The notes beneath the pieces are model-generated. The model worked only from the letters and a program-made list of their open reading frames with translations. It searched no databases and had not been told where the DNA came from. A program made the translations under genes and the position numbers. Below, piece after piece: positions 1 through 9,560 of a DNA stretch of 64,000 nt. Position 1 is the first letter of the stretch. Each line of letters begins with the position of its first letter. The stretch spans positions 147,983 through 211,982 of IMG/VR virus record IMGVR_UViG_3300031952_000001. One strand, written 5' to 3'.

Positions 1-95
1 CCGTTCCCGACGAGGTGTCGTAGCACGAGTCGTACAGGGCTCCGCAGAACATGAGAGTTCCGACGCCTTGCGTTCCTCCGCCGTAAGGTACCATC

Positions 96-389
96 TCAGT
101 TCTTGTCCTTTCCCGGGAACTCGATCAGCTTCCCTTCCGAGGGTTTCTCTTTGTGAGGGACCAGTTCACCGATGATGTTGCTGTCCTCCATGACCCGGCA
201 GCGGATCACAGGGACGTCCTCCCCTTCGAGATCTATGTGCGAGATTGCGAACGCCACGCAGTTGGGCTGACAAGGCTTCCCTTGCCTCCAGCAGCCCAAG
301 AAGGCGTTCAGCCGACCGTCGAGAAGGCCGAGACCAAGGCCGACATTCCCAGGGTCGGGGATCTTTTCGATGCTCAGCTTACGGAACAT
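96..389 (-). CDS. hypothetical protein
   Basis: ORF abutting neighbours in a tightly packed minus-strand operon. Confidence 0.55.
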   Translation of the reverse strand: MFRKLSIEKIPDPGNVGLGLGLLDGRLNAFLGCWRQGKPCQPNCVAFAISHIDLEGEDVPVIRCRVMEDSNIIGELVPHKEKPSEGKLIEFPGKDKN

Positions 390-923
390 CTACTTCCCCT
401 CCAGGTTGATCTTCAGGCCCATCTTCTGCATCTCCAGGATCGCCTCGGCGTTGCCCTTGGCGTCGTCGACCGGGTGGTGCGTGTGCACGGTCTTCCGAAG
501 GCGCTTCTTCCACTCGTGGTTCCTGCCGGCGTCCTTCACCAGCCCGCAGTACAGATCTCCGATCCTGCGGGCGGAGTGCCCGAACGGGTTCTTCCCGAGG
601 AACTTGTGGAAGTAGTAGTTGATGAACGACCAGTCGAACGCCGGGTTGTCGGAGATGAACACCGGCTTGTTTGGAGAGACCCACACCACCCAGTTCAGGA
701 ATTCCAGCATCGTTCTCTTGGGCTCCTGGAACTTCAGGTGCATCTCTCTGGTGGTGCTGCTGACCGAGAGCGCTTCCGGGATCCACAGGTCCGAGATCGG
801 AGCCGTCTGGCCGTAGAAGGTCCTGCTCAGCTCGGGCTCGACGACGACGGCACCGAAGCTCACCATCGAGTACAGACCAGGGCACGGCCCATCCGACTCA
901 ACATCCATCGAGATGAAGCTCAT
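390..923 (-). CDS. DEDDh 3'-5' exonuclease (Rv2179c-like exoribonuclease family)
   Basis: N-terminal SMDVESDGP (Exo I D-x-E), NPAFDW (Exo II), HHPVDDAKGNA (Exo III H-x4-D). Confidence 0.85.
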   Translation of the reverse strand: MSFISMDVESDGPCPGLYSMVSFGAVVVEPELSRTFYGQTAPISDLWIPEALSVSSTTREMHLKFQEPKRTMLEFLNWVVWVSPNKPVFISDNPAFDWSFINYYFHKFLGKNPFGHSARRIGDLYCGLVKDAGRNHEWKKRLRKTVHTHHPVDDAKGNAEAILEMQKMGLKINLEGK

Positions 924-1204
924 GTCCTCAGGTCCCTCCCGCAGTAGGGGCAGAAGCTGTAATTCCCCTTGGCGTGCATGTCACTGTGGAGGACCTCCTC
1001 CACGCAAGGGAAAGCCGCTTCTGCGCGTTCCTGCATCGCCGTTCGACCCAAGGCGAGCCACTCCCGCAGGCCGTCCACCAGCTCCTTGTCGTTCTCGACG
1101 ACCTTGCCGTGGACTAGGATGTCCCCGCACTCCTTGAGTTCCAAGATCGGCTCGGCGCTCTTGTCGGGGAAGTGAAAGGTGATGCTGCGACCCATTTCTC
1201 TCAT
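920..1204 (-). CDS. hypothetical protein with C-terminal CPYC motif
   Basis: Start moved to MREMGRS, overlapping the upstream stop; ATGA-type coupling at both ends. Confidence 0.55.
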   Translation of the reverse strand: MREMGRSITFHFPDKSAEPILELKECGDILVHGKVVENDKELVDGLREWLALGRTAMQERAEAAFPCVEEVLHSDMHAKGNYSFCPYCGRDLRT

Positions 1205-1548
1205 GATGGCTTCACTTTCTTTTTCAAGGCCTCGATGCCGGCGTGGACGAGCTTCTCCAGAGCCTTCCACTCCTCCTTGCAGTAGTCTGCGGTGCCGACG
1301 GCCTTGGTCCACAGCCTGTGTAGGATCGCGTCTCCATAATCGTGGGGTTTGGGTCCGGCCCACTTGCACTCCGGGCACTCATCGAGCTTCTCCGGATCGA
1401 GATCCGCGAGGCGGATTCGGAACCCACACTTTCCGCAGACGTAGTGCCAAGGTCCTACCCGGAACCCACTGCCGAAGAAGTCCCGGTCGATGACATCCCG
1501 GATCATGCAGCTGACCCACGGAGGCGGTGTCTGGCTCGGGTCAACCAT
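1201..1548 (-). CDS. small zinc-ribbon protein
   Basis: CGKC...CPEC pairs; coupled to neighbours. Confidence 0.6.
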   Translation of the reverse strand: MVDPSQTPPPWVSCMIRDVIDRDFFGSGFRVGPWHYVCGKCGFRIRLADLDPEKLDECPECKWAGPKPHDYGDAILHRLWTKAVGTADYCKEEWKALEKLVHAGIEALKKKVKPS

Positions 1549-1804
1549 GTGATACCTCGTCGTATGCGCAGTCGTTGCAGTAGTCGGTGCTGCCCATCCC
1601 GAGGCAGGCTCCGAAGACGTGCCGGCAGCCAGGGCATTGAAACACGATCCCGCAGTTGCCGTCGCACCCTTCGTCGTGGCGTACCTTGAGACCGCTCGGA
1701 GCCCAGTCGAGGCAGTTGACCTTCCCTGCGCAGCGCTCCAGCTGAGGGTCTTCCTGCATGCAGTGGGCGCGGTTGGCGCACCTTCCTGTACCGAACTTCT
1801 TCAT
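1541..1804 (-). CDS. small cysteine-rich protein
   Basis: Many Cys including CPGC and CNDC; coupled to neighbours. Confidence 0.55.
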   Translation of the reverse strand: MKKFGTGRCANRAHCMQEDPQLERCAGKVNCLDWAPSGLKVRHDEGCDGNCGIVFQCPGCRHVFGACLGMGSTDYCNDCAYDEVSHG

Positions 1805-1807
1805 GGC

Positions 1808-3076
1808 CTACCAGAGCACCGAGAGGGTCGGCAGCGCGTTCGTGTAGGAGTTCTCCACGACGGCCTTCTCCTTGAAGTGCCGCAGCTCGACGAGGTACGA
1901 GAAGCGCTCCTCGAAGGGGCTGACGCGCTCGGTCTGGGACACGATCCGGGCCATGTCCTTGATCCAGCACCGTCCCGCCTCATGGACGACAGGGTAGACC
2001 TTTCCCTCGTTGCCGGGTTGATTGATCCCGCTGAGTGGGGTGATCAGTATCTTCTTGATCGGCAGATCCTTCTTGGTCTCGACCAGCTCCCACTTCTCGG
2101 GGTTCGGATCCGGGATCGAGACCTCTCTGCCGGAGGCGAGCACAATGGTCGCGCTCCAGGTCTCCTTGAGGGAGGACTTCGATATGTCCCGGTCCCACTC
2201 GACCACGTCGAAGGAGAACTTGGGAAATATATTCATATTCATGCCCAGATTCTTGGTCATCTCCGCGGCTCGCTGTATTCGTATGTCGGCCAGCTTCCCC
2301 TCCATGTCGAGCCGGTACTCCTCCCCCACCTCGTCCACCAGGGACTTGTACTCGGCCATGTGTTCTTTCGGGATGCGGAGGCCTCGGTCCAGGATGTCCT
2401 TCATCTCTCTCAGACGGATCTTCATGGCCTCCCTCCGTGCTGCATCCCCGGGGATCTTAACCGTGAATTCGCTACCATCACCGAAGACTTCCTTCGACAT
2501 GCCGTACGACTCGGCGAACAGCGCGAGCTTCTCGGCCGTGGAACGCTTCTGCACCTCGGGGTTCGGCTTCTCGAACCCGTGAGCCACGGCCTCTTGCTTT
2601 TCGAAGTGATCTCGATCCACCTGGAGAAGCTCCTTCTTCACCCCGAGAGCTGCAAACATGCGCCTTTCGGCATACGCGAGGTCCGCGTTGAAGTAGCCCT
2701 CCTTGAACAGGGATGCTGCGAGAGGGATCTTCTCGATTCTCTCCCGCGTGATGGGGGTGTTCGGGAGGATCGGCCCCGAAACCAGGTCTTCGAACTTCGT
2801 TCGAGGAACGTCCTTCACCGAAAGATCCTTCTCCTTCGGTGTCAGATGGCTCAGCTCCAAGGACTTGGTGGTCTTCCTGTGTTTCAGAAGGAGGTCATCC
2901 TCCGCAAACCACCGGGCCACTCCGGAGTACGCATCCATGTCGAGTACCACCCCCACGAGGTTCATGGGGTCGTCGGTGCACTGGATACGGGGGATTTTTA
3001 CGATCCCCATGGCACCGTGATACTCCTTACCTTCCGCGTTGACCCGTACCGCGTCACCTTCTTGGAACTTCGACAT
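1808..3076 (-). CDS. hypothetical protein with SH3-like N-terminus
   Basis: MSKFQEGDAVRV start; phage-like codon usage over about 420 codons. Confidence 0.7.
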   Translation of the reverse strand: MSKFQEGDAVRVNAEGKEYHGAMGIVKIPRIQCTDDPMNLVGVVLDMDAYSGVARWFAEDDLLLKHRKTTKSLELSHLTPKEKDLSVKDVPRTKFEDLVSGPILPNTPITRERIEKIPLAASLFKEGYFNADLAYAERRMFAALGVKKELLQVDRDHFEKQEAVAHGFEKPNPEVQKRSTAEKLALFAESYGMSKEVFGDGSEFTVKIPGDAARREAMKIRLREMKDILDRGLRIPKEHMAEYKSLVDEVGEEYRLDMEGKLADIRIQRAAEMTKNLGMNMNIFPKFSFDVVEWDRDISKSSLKETWSATIVLASGREVSIPDPNPEKWELVETKKDLPIKKILITPLSGINQPGNEGKVYPVVHEAGRCWIKDMARIVSQTERVSPFEERFSYLVELRHFKEKAVVENSYTNALPTLSVLW

Positions 3077-3077
3077 C

Positions 3078-3251
3078 CTACTTCCCACCTTTCAGCTTCT
3101 CGGCTTCCTGGTCGATCAGCTCTCGGGTCACGTTCGGGTTGTGGAGGCTCACGTTGCCGTGGGCGAAGCTGCGGCGCTGCTCCTCGCGCTCCTCGTCCGA
3201 CATCTCGTACCCGTCGGCCCGCTTGAGGATCTTCCTCATCTTCTCATCCAT
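3078..3251 (-). CDS. 57-aa hypothetical protein (not in the ORF track)
   Basis: Reads MDEKMRKILKRADGYEMSDEEREEQRRSFAHGNVSLHNPNVTRELIDQEAEKLKGGK and fills the gap between neighbours. Confidence 0.6.
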   Translation of the reverse strand: MDEKMRKILKRADGYEMSDEEREEQRRSFAHGNVSLHNPNVTRELIDQEAEKLKGGK

Positions 3252-3750
3252 TGCTGTCCCCCGGGTCCACCCCGAGCCAAGCCTTGCGAAGGTGCTTCTC
3301 CAGATCGGGGTTCAGTTCCTCCTCGGCCAGCTTGCAGGTCTCGCAGGGAATCGTCTGCCGGTGAGGGCAGTCGTCGCAGGCCCTCTTGATGATGTCGATC
3401 ATCTGCTTCCCGAGCTTGTCGACGTTCTCGCAGATCGTTTTGGTCGCCTGGATGAAGGTCTTCGCTGCCTTCTCGGAGATGACGTCCTTGTTCATCTCGA
3501 TGACCGCCTTCGCATCGGCCAGCTTCTCCTCCAGAGAAGCGATCTTCTCGGCCGCGGTCTTGACGTCGCCCTCGCAGTCGGAGAGGTCGAAGGCGGTCTC
3601 GTCGTAGAGCTGCTCGTGCTCGTCCTGCATGTTGCTCAGCTCCAAGCCGCTTAGATCACCAATCGGCGGGTCCCCGATGAACAGGGCTCCGCGGAGGGTA
3701 CGGATCATGTTGAGCAGCTCTTCCCGGGTGATGTCCTTCGACTCACGCAT
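3244..3750 (-). CDS. coiled-coil hypothetical protein with C-terminal Cys cluster
   Basis: Start MRESKD; CDDC...CETC. Confidence 0.6.
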   Translation of the reverse strand: MRESKDITREELLNMIRTLRGALFIGDPPIGDLSGLELSNMQDEHEQLYDETAFDLSDCEGDVKTAAEKIASLEEKLADAKAVIEMNKDVISEKAAKTFIQATKTICENVDKLGKQMIDIIKRACDDCPHRQTIPCETCKLAEEELNPDLEKHLRKAWLGVDPGDSNG

Positions 3751-4225
3751 TCGAGGCCTGACCTTCCTGCTGCTCCTCGGCGAGAACTTTGTCGTTGAGG
3801 CCTTCAGCCGCCCCATGGGCACTGTGTTCCTCCGCAAGAACTTTATCGAAAATGCCGATGACCCGGGGAGCCTGCTTCCGGGCATACTCCCGCTCGGCGG
3901 CATTCAGGCCTCTGTACACCTCGAAGGCGGCCCTGAGGGACTTCTCCTCGGGTGTGAGGCTGTCCTTCTTCTTCTGGCGTTCGGAGTAGAAGTCCCGACG
4001 TTTCTGGAAGTAGGCCTTCTCCTGGCTCTCGAACTCCAGCATGGCTGCGAGTACCTTCTCTCCGACGGCCTTGGCGTTCTCGATGCTGTCGAAGGCCTGT
4101 CCCTCCTCCCAGGCACCCCCGGGGAGCCTCCAGGACAGCCAGAACTGCCCCTCGCGCTCCTGGATGCGAGCCTGGGCGTTGCCCTCACCGCACCGCAGGC
4201 AACCGTCTTTCCGCTTCCACTTCAC
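3743..4225 (-). CDS. hypothetical protein, first gene of the leftward operon
   Basis: GTG start after AAAGGTGG, downstream of a sigma70-like promoter. Confidence 0.6.
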   Translation of the reverse strand: MKWKRKDGCLRCGEGNAQARIQEREGQFWLSWRLPGGAWEEGQAFDSIENAKAVGEKVLAAMLEFESQEKAYFQKRRDFYSERQKKKDSLTPEEKSLRAAFEVYRGLNAAEREYARKQAPRVIGIFDKVLAEEHSAHGAAEGLNDKVLAEEQQEGQASNA

Positions 4226-4256
4226 TGGACCACCTTTCGCAATGCCGGACCTGGCA

Positions 4257-4340
4257 ACTATAAGTATGCCTGCTGCGGAAGTCAAGACCCTCTTTTGGAG
4301 ATTTTCTGCCCTTGACTTCCTGATGGGGCATGATTATAGT
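4257..4340. promoter_or_regulatory. divergent pair of sigma70-like (class I) promoters
   Basis: Minus: TTGACT(4285-4280)-17-TATAGT(4262-4257). Plus: TTGACT(4312)-17-TATAGT(4335). Located at the strand switch. Confidence 0.8.
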
Positions 4341-4399
4341 TCCCTGGTGGGGAAGGCAGGTGTGTAGTGAGCAACAACTCGAAGACCAAGGAGCACAAG

Positions 4400-4612
4400 A
4401 TGCCGGCAAACAAGGCGGGGAAGGGTTTGGTTCTGAAAGCCTATGACCCCAAGACGGGGTGGCTCGCACAGGGGATCACGACGGAGGACCTGTCAAAGGT
4501 TATGAGGGGCCTGCGCAAGGCCTTGACCGAAGCAGGGTTCGCCCCCGAGGAGACAAGTGAAATCCTGGTCTCTTGGTTCCAGGCGCAGAACTTCTTCGCT
4601 CTCCCCAAGTAG
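4400..4612 (+). CDS. hypothetical protein
   Basis: AAGGAG RBS then ATG. Confidence 0.55.
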   Translation: MPANKAGKGLVLKAYDPKTGWLAQGITTEDLSKVMRGLRKALTEAGFAPEETSEILVSWFQAQNFFALPK

Positions 4613-4621
4613 GATCGGGAC

Positions 4622-4915
4622 ATGTCGAAATCCACCCCCATGATGTTCTCGACGTTCGGGTCCATGCGTAGCCCGGACGCCTCTCATGAGGTGAGGGTTC
4701 TCGAAAAAGTCCTCTTCGGAGCCAAAGTGAGGATCATCATCGATCCGGGGATGCCGCCCGATGAGCTGCGGTTGACCTCTCCTGCGGATGACAGCGTACT
4801 TTCCGAAATCAATGACATCAAGGTCCTGGAGGACGGCTCCGTCACCTACAAGGCCTCCTTGAAGATGCCTTTGAAGTACATCACCGTCGATCTCAGGGAT
4901 CCGGAGGGAAAATGA
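4622..4915 (+). CDS. hypothetical protein
   Basis: ORF in packed operon. Confidence 0.55.
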   Translation: MSKSTPMMFSTFGSMRSPDASHEVRVLEKVLFGAKVRIIIDPGMPPDELRLTSPADDSVLSEINDIKVLEDGSVTYKASLKMPLKYITVDLRDPEGK

Positions 4916-5268
4916 GCGAGTGCGACCGACCGTTCACCTTGGAGGACTACCAACGCGACTGCGGGTACGGGCCCATCGATAAGATGGACTTCAAGGAGAC
5001 CTACGAGTTCCTCGACTGGATGAAGGTCGACGCGGAGGGGTTCCTGCGTGACGACAACCAGTGGCAGGTGGTCGCTCTCCTCCGGCAGAGGGGCAGGGTG
5101 CCCTTCCTTTCGGAGATGCCGGATCGTGAAGAGTTCGCTCCGCAGGACCTACCGTTCATCCGGCCGGGAGTGAAGCTGACGCAGTACCGCGGCCGGACGC
5201 ACATGCCTGGAGGCACGCGGATGAAGGGGTCGTTCTGGATCGTAGAGCTGGAGGAGGGACAAGGATGA
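4912..5268 (+). CDS. hypothetical protein
   Basis: GGAGG RBS, ATGA overlap. Confidence 0.6.
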   Translation: MSECDRPFTLEDYQRDCGYGPIDKMDFKETYEFLDWMKVDAEGFLRDDNQWQVVALLRQRGRVPFLSEMPDREEFAPQDLPFIRPGVKLTQYRGRTHMPGGTRMKGSFWIVELEEGQG

Positions 5269-5621
5269 GCAGGTACGAGAATAGCTGGACCACCGAGTCC
5301 GACGGCAACGAAGTTCGATTCGGTCCGGTACGCATCGAGGTGAAAATCCGCAGGAAGCATGACCTCCGGGCAGGGAAGGACCTCGGGAACGTGGTCGACA
5401 TCTGTATCGGTCTGACCTCGGCGGAGTCCTCGCACATCGATGTGCCTCTCCAGCCGCCCGGAGAGCCTCTGGACGAAGAGCGCGCCAAGGAAATCGAGAC
5501 GGGGATCGCGTTCCTCTTGGAACCGGTCTGCGCCCGTTTCCTGGGTGAGCTGCGAGAGGCCCTCACTCTGGGGGCTCAGGTGTCGGCGGACAGGCTCCGC
5601 GAGCGCAAGGAGCACCCATGA
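5265..5621 (+). CDS. hypothetical protein
   Basis: ATGA overlap. Confidence 0.6.
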   Translation: MSRYENSWTTESDGNEVRFGPVRIEVKIRRKHDLRAGKDLGNVVDICIGLTSAESSHIDVPLQPPGEPLDEERAKEIETGIAFLLEPVCARFLGELREALTLGAQVSADRLRERKEHP

Positions 5622-5920
5622 GGTGCTTCCTGATCGCCCTGGTGGTGTTCTGCTCTGGGTGCTTGGACCGGGCTAATTGTGACGACAACGCCCGGCAGCT
5701 CTATCCGGGTAGAAAGGTTGAAGTCCTTGAGGCGTCCTCTGAGCAGATCTACATCATCGACGGGAAGTACGCCGTTGGGTGTTCGGGAAGCGACTCTAGT
5801 GACTTCATCAGGATGAGCTGGAGGCCTTGGAAGGACTCTTGGTGCGATCACCATTGGTCGGGGCATGAGAACTACCAGAAGTGGTGTGTCCCCCCGAAAA
5901 CCCCCGAAAAGGCCCCTTGA
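5618..5920 (+). CDS. putative lipoprotein
   Basis: MRCFLIALVVFCSGC: hydrophobic signal with lipobox-like xSGC. Confidence 0.55.
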   Translation: MRCFLIALVVFCSGCLDRANCDDNARQLYPGRKVEVLEASSEQIYIIDGKYAVGCSGSDSSDFIRMSWRPWKDSWCDHHWSGHENYQKWCVPPKTPEKAP

Positions 5921-5944
5921 CTTCTTGTTAAGGCTGACTATAGT
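5917..5944 (+). promoter_or_regulatory. class I sigma70-like promoter
   Basis: TTGACT-16-TATAGT, then AGGAGG RBS. Confidence 0.75.
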
Positions 5945-5964
5945 ATCCAGCTAGGAGGTGAAAG

Positions 5965-6177
5965 ATGTTCGAGCAATCACTTTTCTGGGAATCCTTCGAG
6001 CGCTACTTTCTCGATAAGTGGGATCTCTACTTCTCGAAGCAGGCCGACGGGGTGCTGGTTCGGTTGTGGGTCCGTGCGTGGGACAGAACCTTCCGAATCA
6101 CACATGACGACAAGGTCGTTTACGAAGGCATCTCTCAAACGACGGTCGAGAAGTATCTGTTAGGTGGTGTGCCGTGA
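5965..6177 (+). CDS. hypothetical protein
   Basis: AGGAGGT RBS. Confidence 0.6.
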   Translation: MFEQSLFWESFERYFLDKWDLYFSKQADGVLVRLWVRAWDRTFRITHDDKVVYEGISQTTVEKYLLGGVP

Positions 6178-6509
6178 GCGAGGAAGACCTTCAGCTCTGC
6201 TCGGAGTGCCACACGGCCAAGCTGGGTCTCTTCAAAGATCCGTATTCCGGAAGGTCTTGCTGCTCGCGCTGCTGGACACAACGGGCTCTCGACGCCGAGA
6301 GGGCGCTGCGTGAGCAGAAGAGGATCTACGTGGTCCTGTCCTTGACGAACACGCAGAACGGCATGGCTATCGGGCCGGTCAACCCGGGAGCCTTCTGGAC
6401 CAAGGAAGAGGCAGCTCGCCAGGTCGAGAACCTCATGAAGATGGGGGAAGCGGCGTGGGCGGAGACCGTGGCTTTAGGTCACTTCGACTTGGAGGAGGAG
6501 CCCGAGTGA
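6174..6509 (+). CDS. hypothetical protein with Cys-rich N-terminus
   Basis: CSEC...CSRC; GTGA overlap. Confidence 0.55.
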   Translation: MSEEDLQLCSECHTAKLGLFKDPYSGRSCCSRCWTQRALDAERALREQKRIYVVLSLTNTQNGMAIGPVNPGAFWTKEEAARQVENLMKMGEAAWAETVALGHFDLEEEPE

Positions 6510-6697
6510 ACGGAGTCCTCTTCACGCTTACTCCTCAACCGGACTGGACCGGCCAGGTGAGCTGTTCCTGCGGGAACCTGATCCCGCACCCGCCGAACCC
6601 GGAGAACGGAACTCGGATCGGGTGCATAGTCTGCAACGCGGTCTACATGTACGCGATGGACAAGCAGTGGGTGCCCGTAAAAGACGACGAGGGCTGA
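6506..6697 (+). CDS. small zinc-ribbon protein
   Basis: GTG start after GGAGG; CSCG...CIVC. Confidence 0.5.
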   Translation: MNGVLFTLTPQPDWTGQVSCSCGNLIPHPPNPENGTRIGCIVCNAVYMYAMDKQWVPVKDDEG

Positions 6698-6710
6698 AAG
6701 GAAGGTCTCG

Positions 6711-7208
6711 ATGAAGCAAGTGATGATGTACGTTTCGGACGAGTTCCACGAGATGCTCGCCACGCACATGATCGGCGACGAGGTCTTGATCTACGGCATG
6801 GACTTCTACTTCGACAGCTTCAGGACGGAACCTCTCTACTCCGAGTCCGAAGGTGAGGACATCCCGGTGCTCACCTGCAACGCGGCCTTCCGTGCGATGA
6901 CGGTGGGCAAGGGTCGCACCGCGACCGAGCACATCAAGGAGAATGATCGCCTGTCCGCTGCCTTGAAGGACTCGATGCAGGAGCGCGCGGAGCGTGTCGC
7001 TGAGGCGCAGGGTTGGAGCTTCTGCGAGGGTGTCGGGCTCGCTCTTCGGAACATCAACGGCGAGATCGTTCCGTGCAACGAGGAGACCCGAAGGATCCTC
7101 CGAACCACGACGGTGTCCGAGCTGCTCGATGGGGAGAAGCGCGGGATCACGCAGAAGGACTACGACGACGTCGAGGAGTGCTTCGAGCTTAGAGTGGAGA
7201 AGAAGTGA
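6711..7208 (+). CDS. hypothetical protein
   Basis: AAGGAAGG RBS; codon usage. Confidence 0.65.
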   Translation: MKQVMMYVSDEFHEMLATHMIGDEVLIYGMDFYFDSFRTEPLYSESEGEDIPVLTCNAAFRAMTVGKGRTATEHIKENDRLSAALKDSMQERAERVAEAQGWSFCEGVGLALRNINGEIVPCNEETRRILRTTTVSELLDGEKRGITQKDYDDVEECFELRVEKK

Positions 7209-7380
7209 AGCTCCAGACCCTCAAGAAGAAGGCTAAGTGGGCCCTGAAGCACCGGCCGCTCTCTCTGGAGACCAAGCGGATGCTCGAAGAGCTACTCACG
7301 AACCCTCACCCCGAGAGCCTCCCGCCGGAAGCTCTGGAGCTGATCCGCCAGAAAGTGCAACCCGAGCTTTCCCCGACCCC

Positions 7381-7408
7381 TTGACACACCAAAATTGATG
7401 GTTACATT
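7381..7408 (+). promoter_or_regulatory. class I sigma70-like promoter
   Basis: TTGACA-16-TACATT upstream of AGGAGG RBS. Confidence 0.6.
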
Positions 7409-7438
7409 AGTAGGCAGGGAAGAACAAGGAGGTTCGGG

Positions 7439-8869
7439 ATGCAGTGGTTCGAAGTCGACCGAAAGGGGCTGGGGAAGCTGCTGGAGCGCCGCGGCTTCGG
7501 GTTCGTACTCTTCGAGTTGGTACAGAACGCCTTGGACACCGCGGCGAAGGTGATCACGGTCGACTTCCATAAGGTCCCGCGCTCGCCGTACGCCACCATC
7601 TCCGTGGAGGACGACGATCCCACAGGGTTCAAGCGCCTGACGGACGCCTGGACGTTGTTCGCCGAGTCGGACAAGAAGGTCGACCCGACGCTGCGTGGCC
7701 GGTGGAACCTCGGTGAGAAGCTCGTTCTCGCCCTGTGCAAGACCGCCCGCATCGAGAGCACGACCGGTACCGTGGTATTCGATGAGAAGGGACGCCACCG
7801 AAACCGGTGCGCACCCCGTACGGCCGGCTCCAGGTTCTACGGCGAGTTGCGATGCTCGCAGGAGGACTACGAAGCCGCGTGCGAGGACTTCAAGGCGCTC
7901 ATCGTTCCGAAGGGTGTCGACTTGAGGTTCAACGGAGACACCCTGTCGTGGCGTGAGCCGGTCACGACTTTCAAGGCTCCCCTGGTCACCTTGATCGCGA
8001 ACTCCGAAGGGGCCCTGATGAAGACGACCCGTCAGGCTCTCGTGGATGTCTACGAGCCCCGGAGTGGCGAGGTCGGGACTTTGTACGAGCTGGGGATCCC
8101 GGTCATGGAAACGCAGGACAAGTTCCACTACGACGTCCGCCAGAAGATCCCCCTCGGGTTCGAGCGGGACAACGTGCCTCCGGTGTACCTGGCGGATCTC
8201 CGTGCCCATGTGCTCAACGAGACGGCCGAGCTGCTGGACAAGGAGGAGGCGACCCATGAATGGGTGTCCGAGGCCCTGGGGCGCAAGAACGTGGAGCCCG
8301 ACGCCGTCGACCGAGTGCTTGACCTCCGCTTCGGGAAGAAGCACGCCATCTGGGATCCGACGGACAAGGAGGCAAACAACCGCCTCATAGCCGAGGGGTA
8401 CACTGTCATTCATGGCCGGACGTTTTCGAGAGCTGTCTGGGAGAACATCCGGCTGGGGAAGACCAAACCCTCCGGGAAGATCTCCCCGACGCCGAAGCCC
8501 TACAGCAACGATCCGAACGCGCCCGAGGTGCACGTCCTTAGCGACGAGGAGATGACCCAGGAGATGCGTGAGTTCCGGGACTGGGCGGAGCACGTCTCCT
8601 ACCTGGGCATCGACATGCTCGTGCGAATTCGCCTGGTGAACACCACGAACAACTTCGCCGCATGCTTCGGTCACGGGTGCCCGCTAGACATCAACGTACG
8701 CAAGACCAAGAACCTGTTCCAGAACTGGAGTCACCACAAGATGGCGTGGCTCCAGCTCCTCATCCACGAGCTGGCGCACTACTACGCGGACAACCACCTC
8801 TCGGACGACTACCACCAGGCGTGCTGCAAGGTCGGAGCGCGGCTCGCGCTGTGCAAGGAGAAGCTCTAG
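7439..8869 (+). CDS. GHKL (HATPase/Hsp90-like) ATPase fused to a C-terminal HExxH metallopeptidase-like domain
   Basis: ELVQNALD (N box), VEDDDPTGF (G1), RGRWNLGEK (G2); LLIHELAHY near the C-terminus. Confidence 0.8.
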   Translation: MQWFEVDRKGLGKLLERRGFGFVLFELVQNALDTAAKVITVDFHKVPRSPYATISVEDDDPTGFKRLTDAWTLFAESDKKVDPTLRGRWNLGEKLVLALCKTARIESTTGTVVFDEKGRHRNRCAPRTAGSRFYGELRCSQEDYEAACEDFKALIVPKGVDLRFNGDTLSWREPVTTFKAPLVTLIANSEGALMKTTRQALVDVYEPRSGEVGTLYELGIPVMETQDKFHYDVRQKIPLGFERDNVPPVYLADLRAHVLNETAELLDKEEATHEWVSEALGRKNVEPDAVDRVLDLRFGKKHAIWDPTDKEANNRLIAEGYTVIHGRTFSRAVWENIRLGKTKPSGKISPTPKPYSNDPNAPEVHVLSDEEMTQEMREFRDWAEHVSYLGIDMLVRIRLVNTTNNFAACFGHGCPLDINVRKTKNLFQNWSHHKMAWLQLLIHELAHYYADNHLSDDYHQACCKVGARLALCKEKL

Positions 8870-8871
8870 CC

Positions 8872-9114
8872 TCACTCGATGGGTTCGGTCCCTTCCGGCA
8901 TCGTGATCAGATCGAAGTCGGCCTTGAGGACCTCGACGAGCCTCTCCACCTCCAGCATCCGGCACCTCGTTCGTCCCTGGATGCGGGCGTTCATCGTCAT
9001 CTTGGAGATCGACAAGGCCTTCGCCAGGTCCGTAGGGGTCAGGTCCTGTCGAATCATCGCGATCTTGATCTCCTTGCGGTTCAAAACGCGACCCTGAATC
9101 TTCCTTGCCGCCAT
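8872..9114 (-). CDS. XRE-family HTH regulator
   Basis: LTPTDLAKALSISKMTMNARIQG helix-turn-helix; AAAGGAG RBS. Confidence 0.75.
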   Translation of the reverse strand: MAARKIQGRVLNRKEIKIAMIRQDLTPTDLAKALSISKMTMNARIQGRTRCRMLEVERLVEVLKADFDLITMPEGTEPIE

Positions 9115-9129
9115 TGATGCGCTCCTTTG

Positions 9130-9149
9130 GTTTACAAACCCTTGTAAAC
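9130..9149. promoter_or_regulatory. putative operator palindrome upstream of the XRE gene
   Basis: GTTTACAA-ACCC-TTGTAAAC perfect 8-bp inverted repeat. Confidence 0.55.
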
Positions 9150-9190
9150 TGATACCATAAATTCTTAAACTGGGGGAGCGGTTTTTAAGA

Positions 9191-9535
9191 CTACGCGGAT
9201 GGGCTTCTGCCGTAGGCCGAGCCGTACCATGAAATCGTGAGGATTCCGCCGTTACCTGTCGGAGGGTCTACCGCTACGTTGAAGACGGGAGTGATCGAGA
9301 AGGTGTAGCTCAGGGCCGTCAGCCACTCGCTGAATGGGGCGCTTTTGAAGAGCCCGATTTCCACCTCGGTAAGGTCCAGAGCGGTCGACAAAAGCTCCTC
9401 GCTGATCGCGGTGGTGACGGCGGTCTCGATCTTCGTCTTCACGGCCGCGGTGCTGGGCTCTTCGTCGATCTCCCCCTCCAGCCGGGCTGCGATGACTTCG
9501 AGAACCTGTGCCTGGGCTTCCTGCGCGGTGATCAT
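9191..9535 (-). CDS. hypothetical protein (class II promoter)
   Basis: GAGGAGG RBS before MITAQEAQ. Confidence 0.65.
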   Translation of the reverse strand: MITAQEAQAQVLEVIAARLEGEIDEEPSTAAVKTKIETAVTTAISEELLSTALDLTEVEIGLFKSAPFSEWLTALSYTFSITPVFNVAVDPPTGNGGILTISWYGSAYGRSPSA

Positions 9536-9560
9536 GGTATCCTCCTCTGTGACGCCTCGC

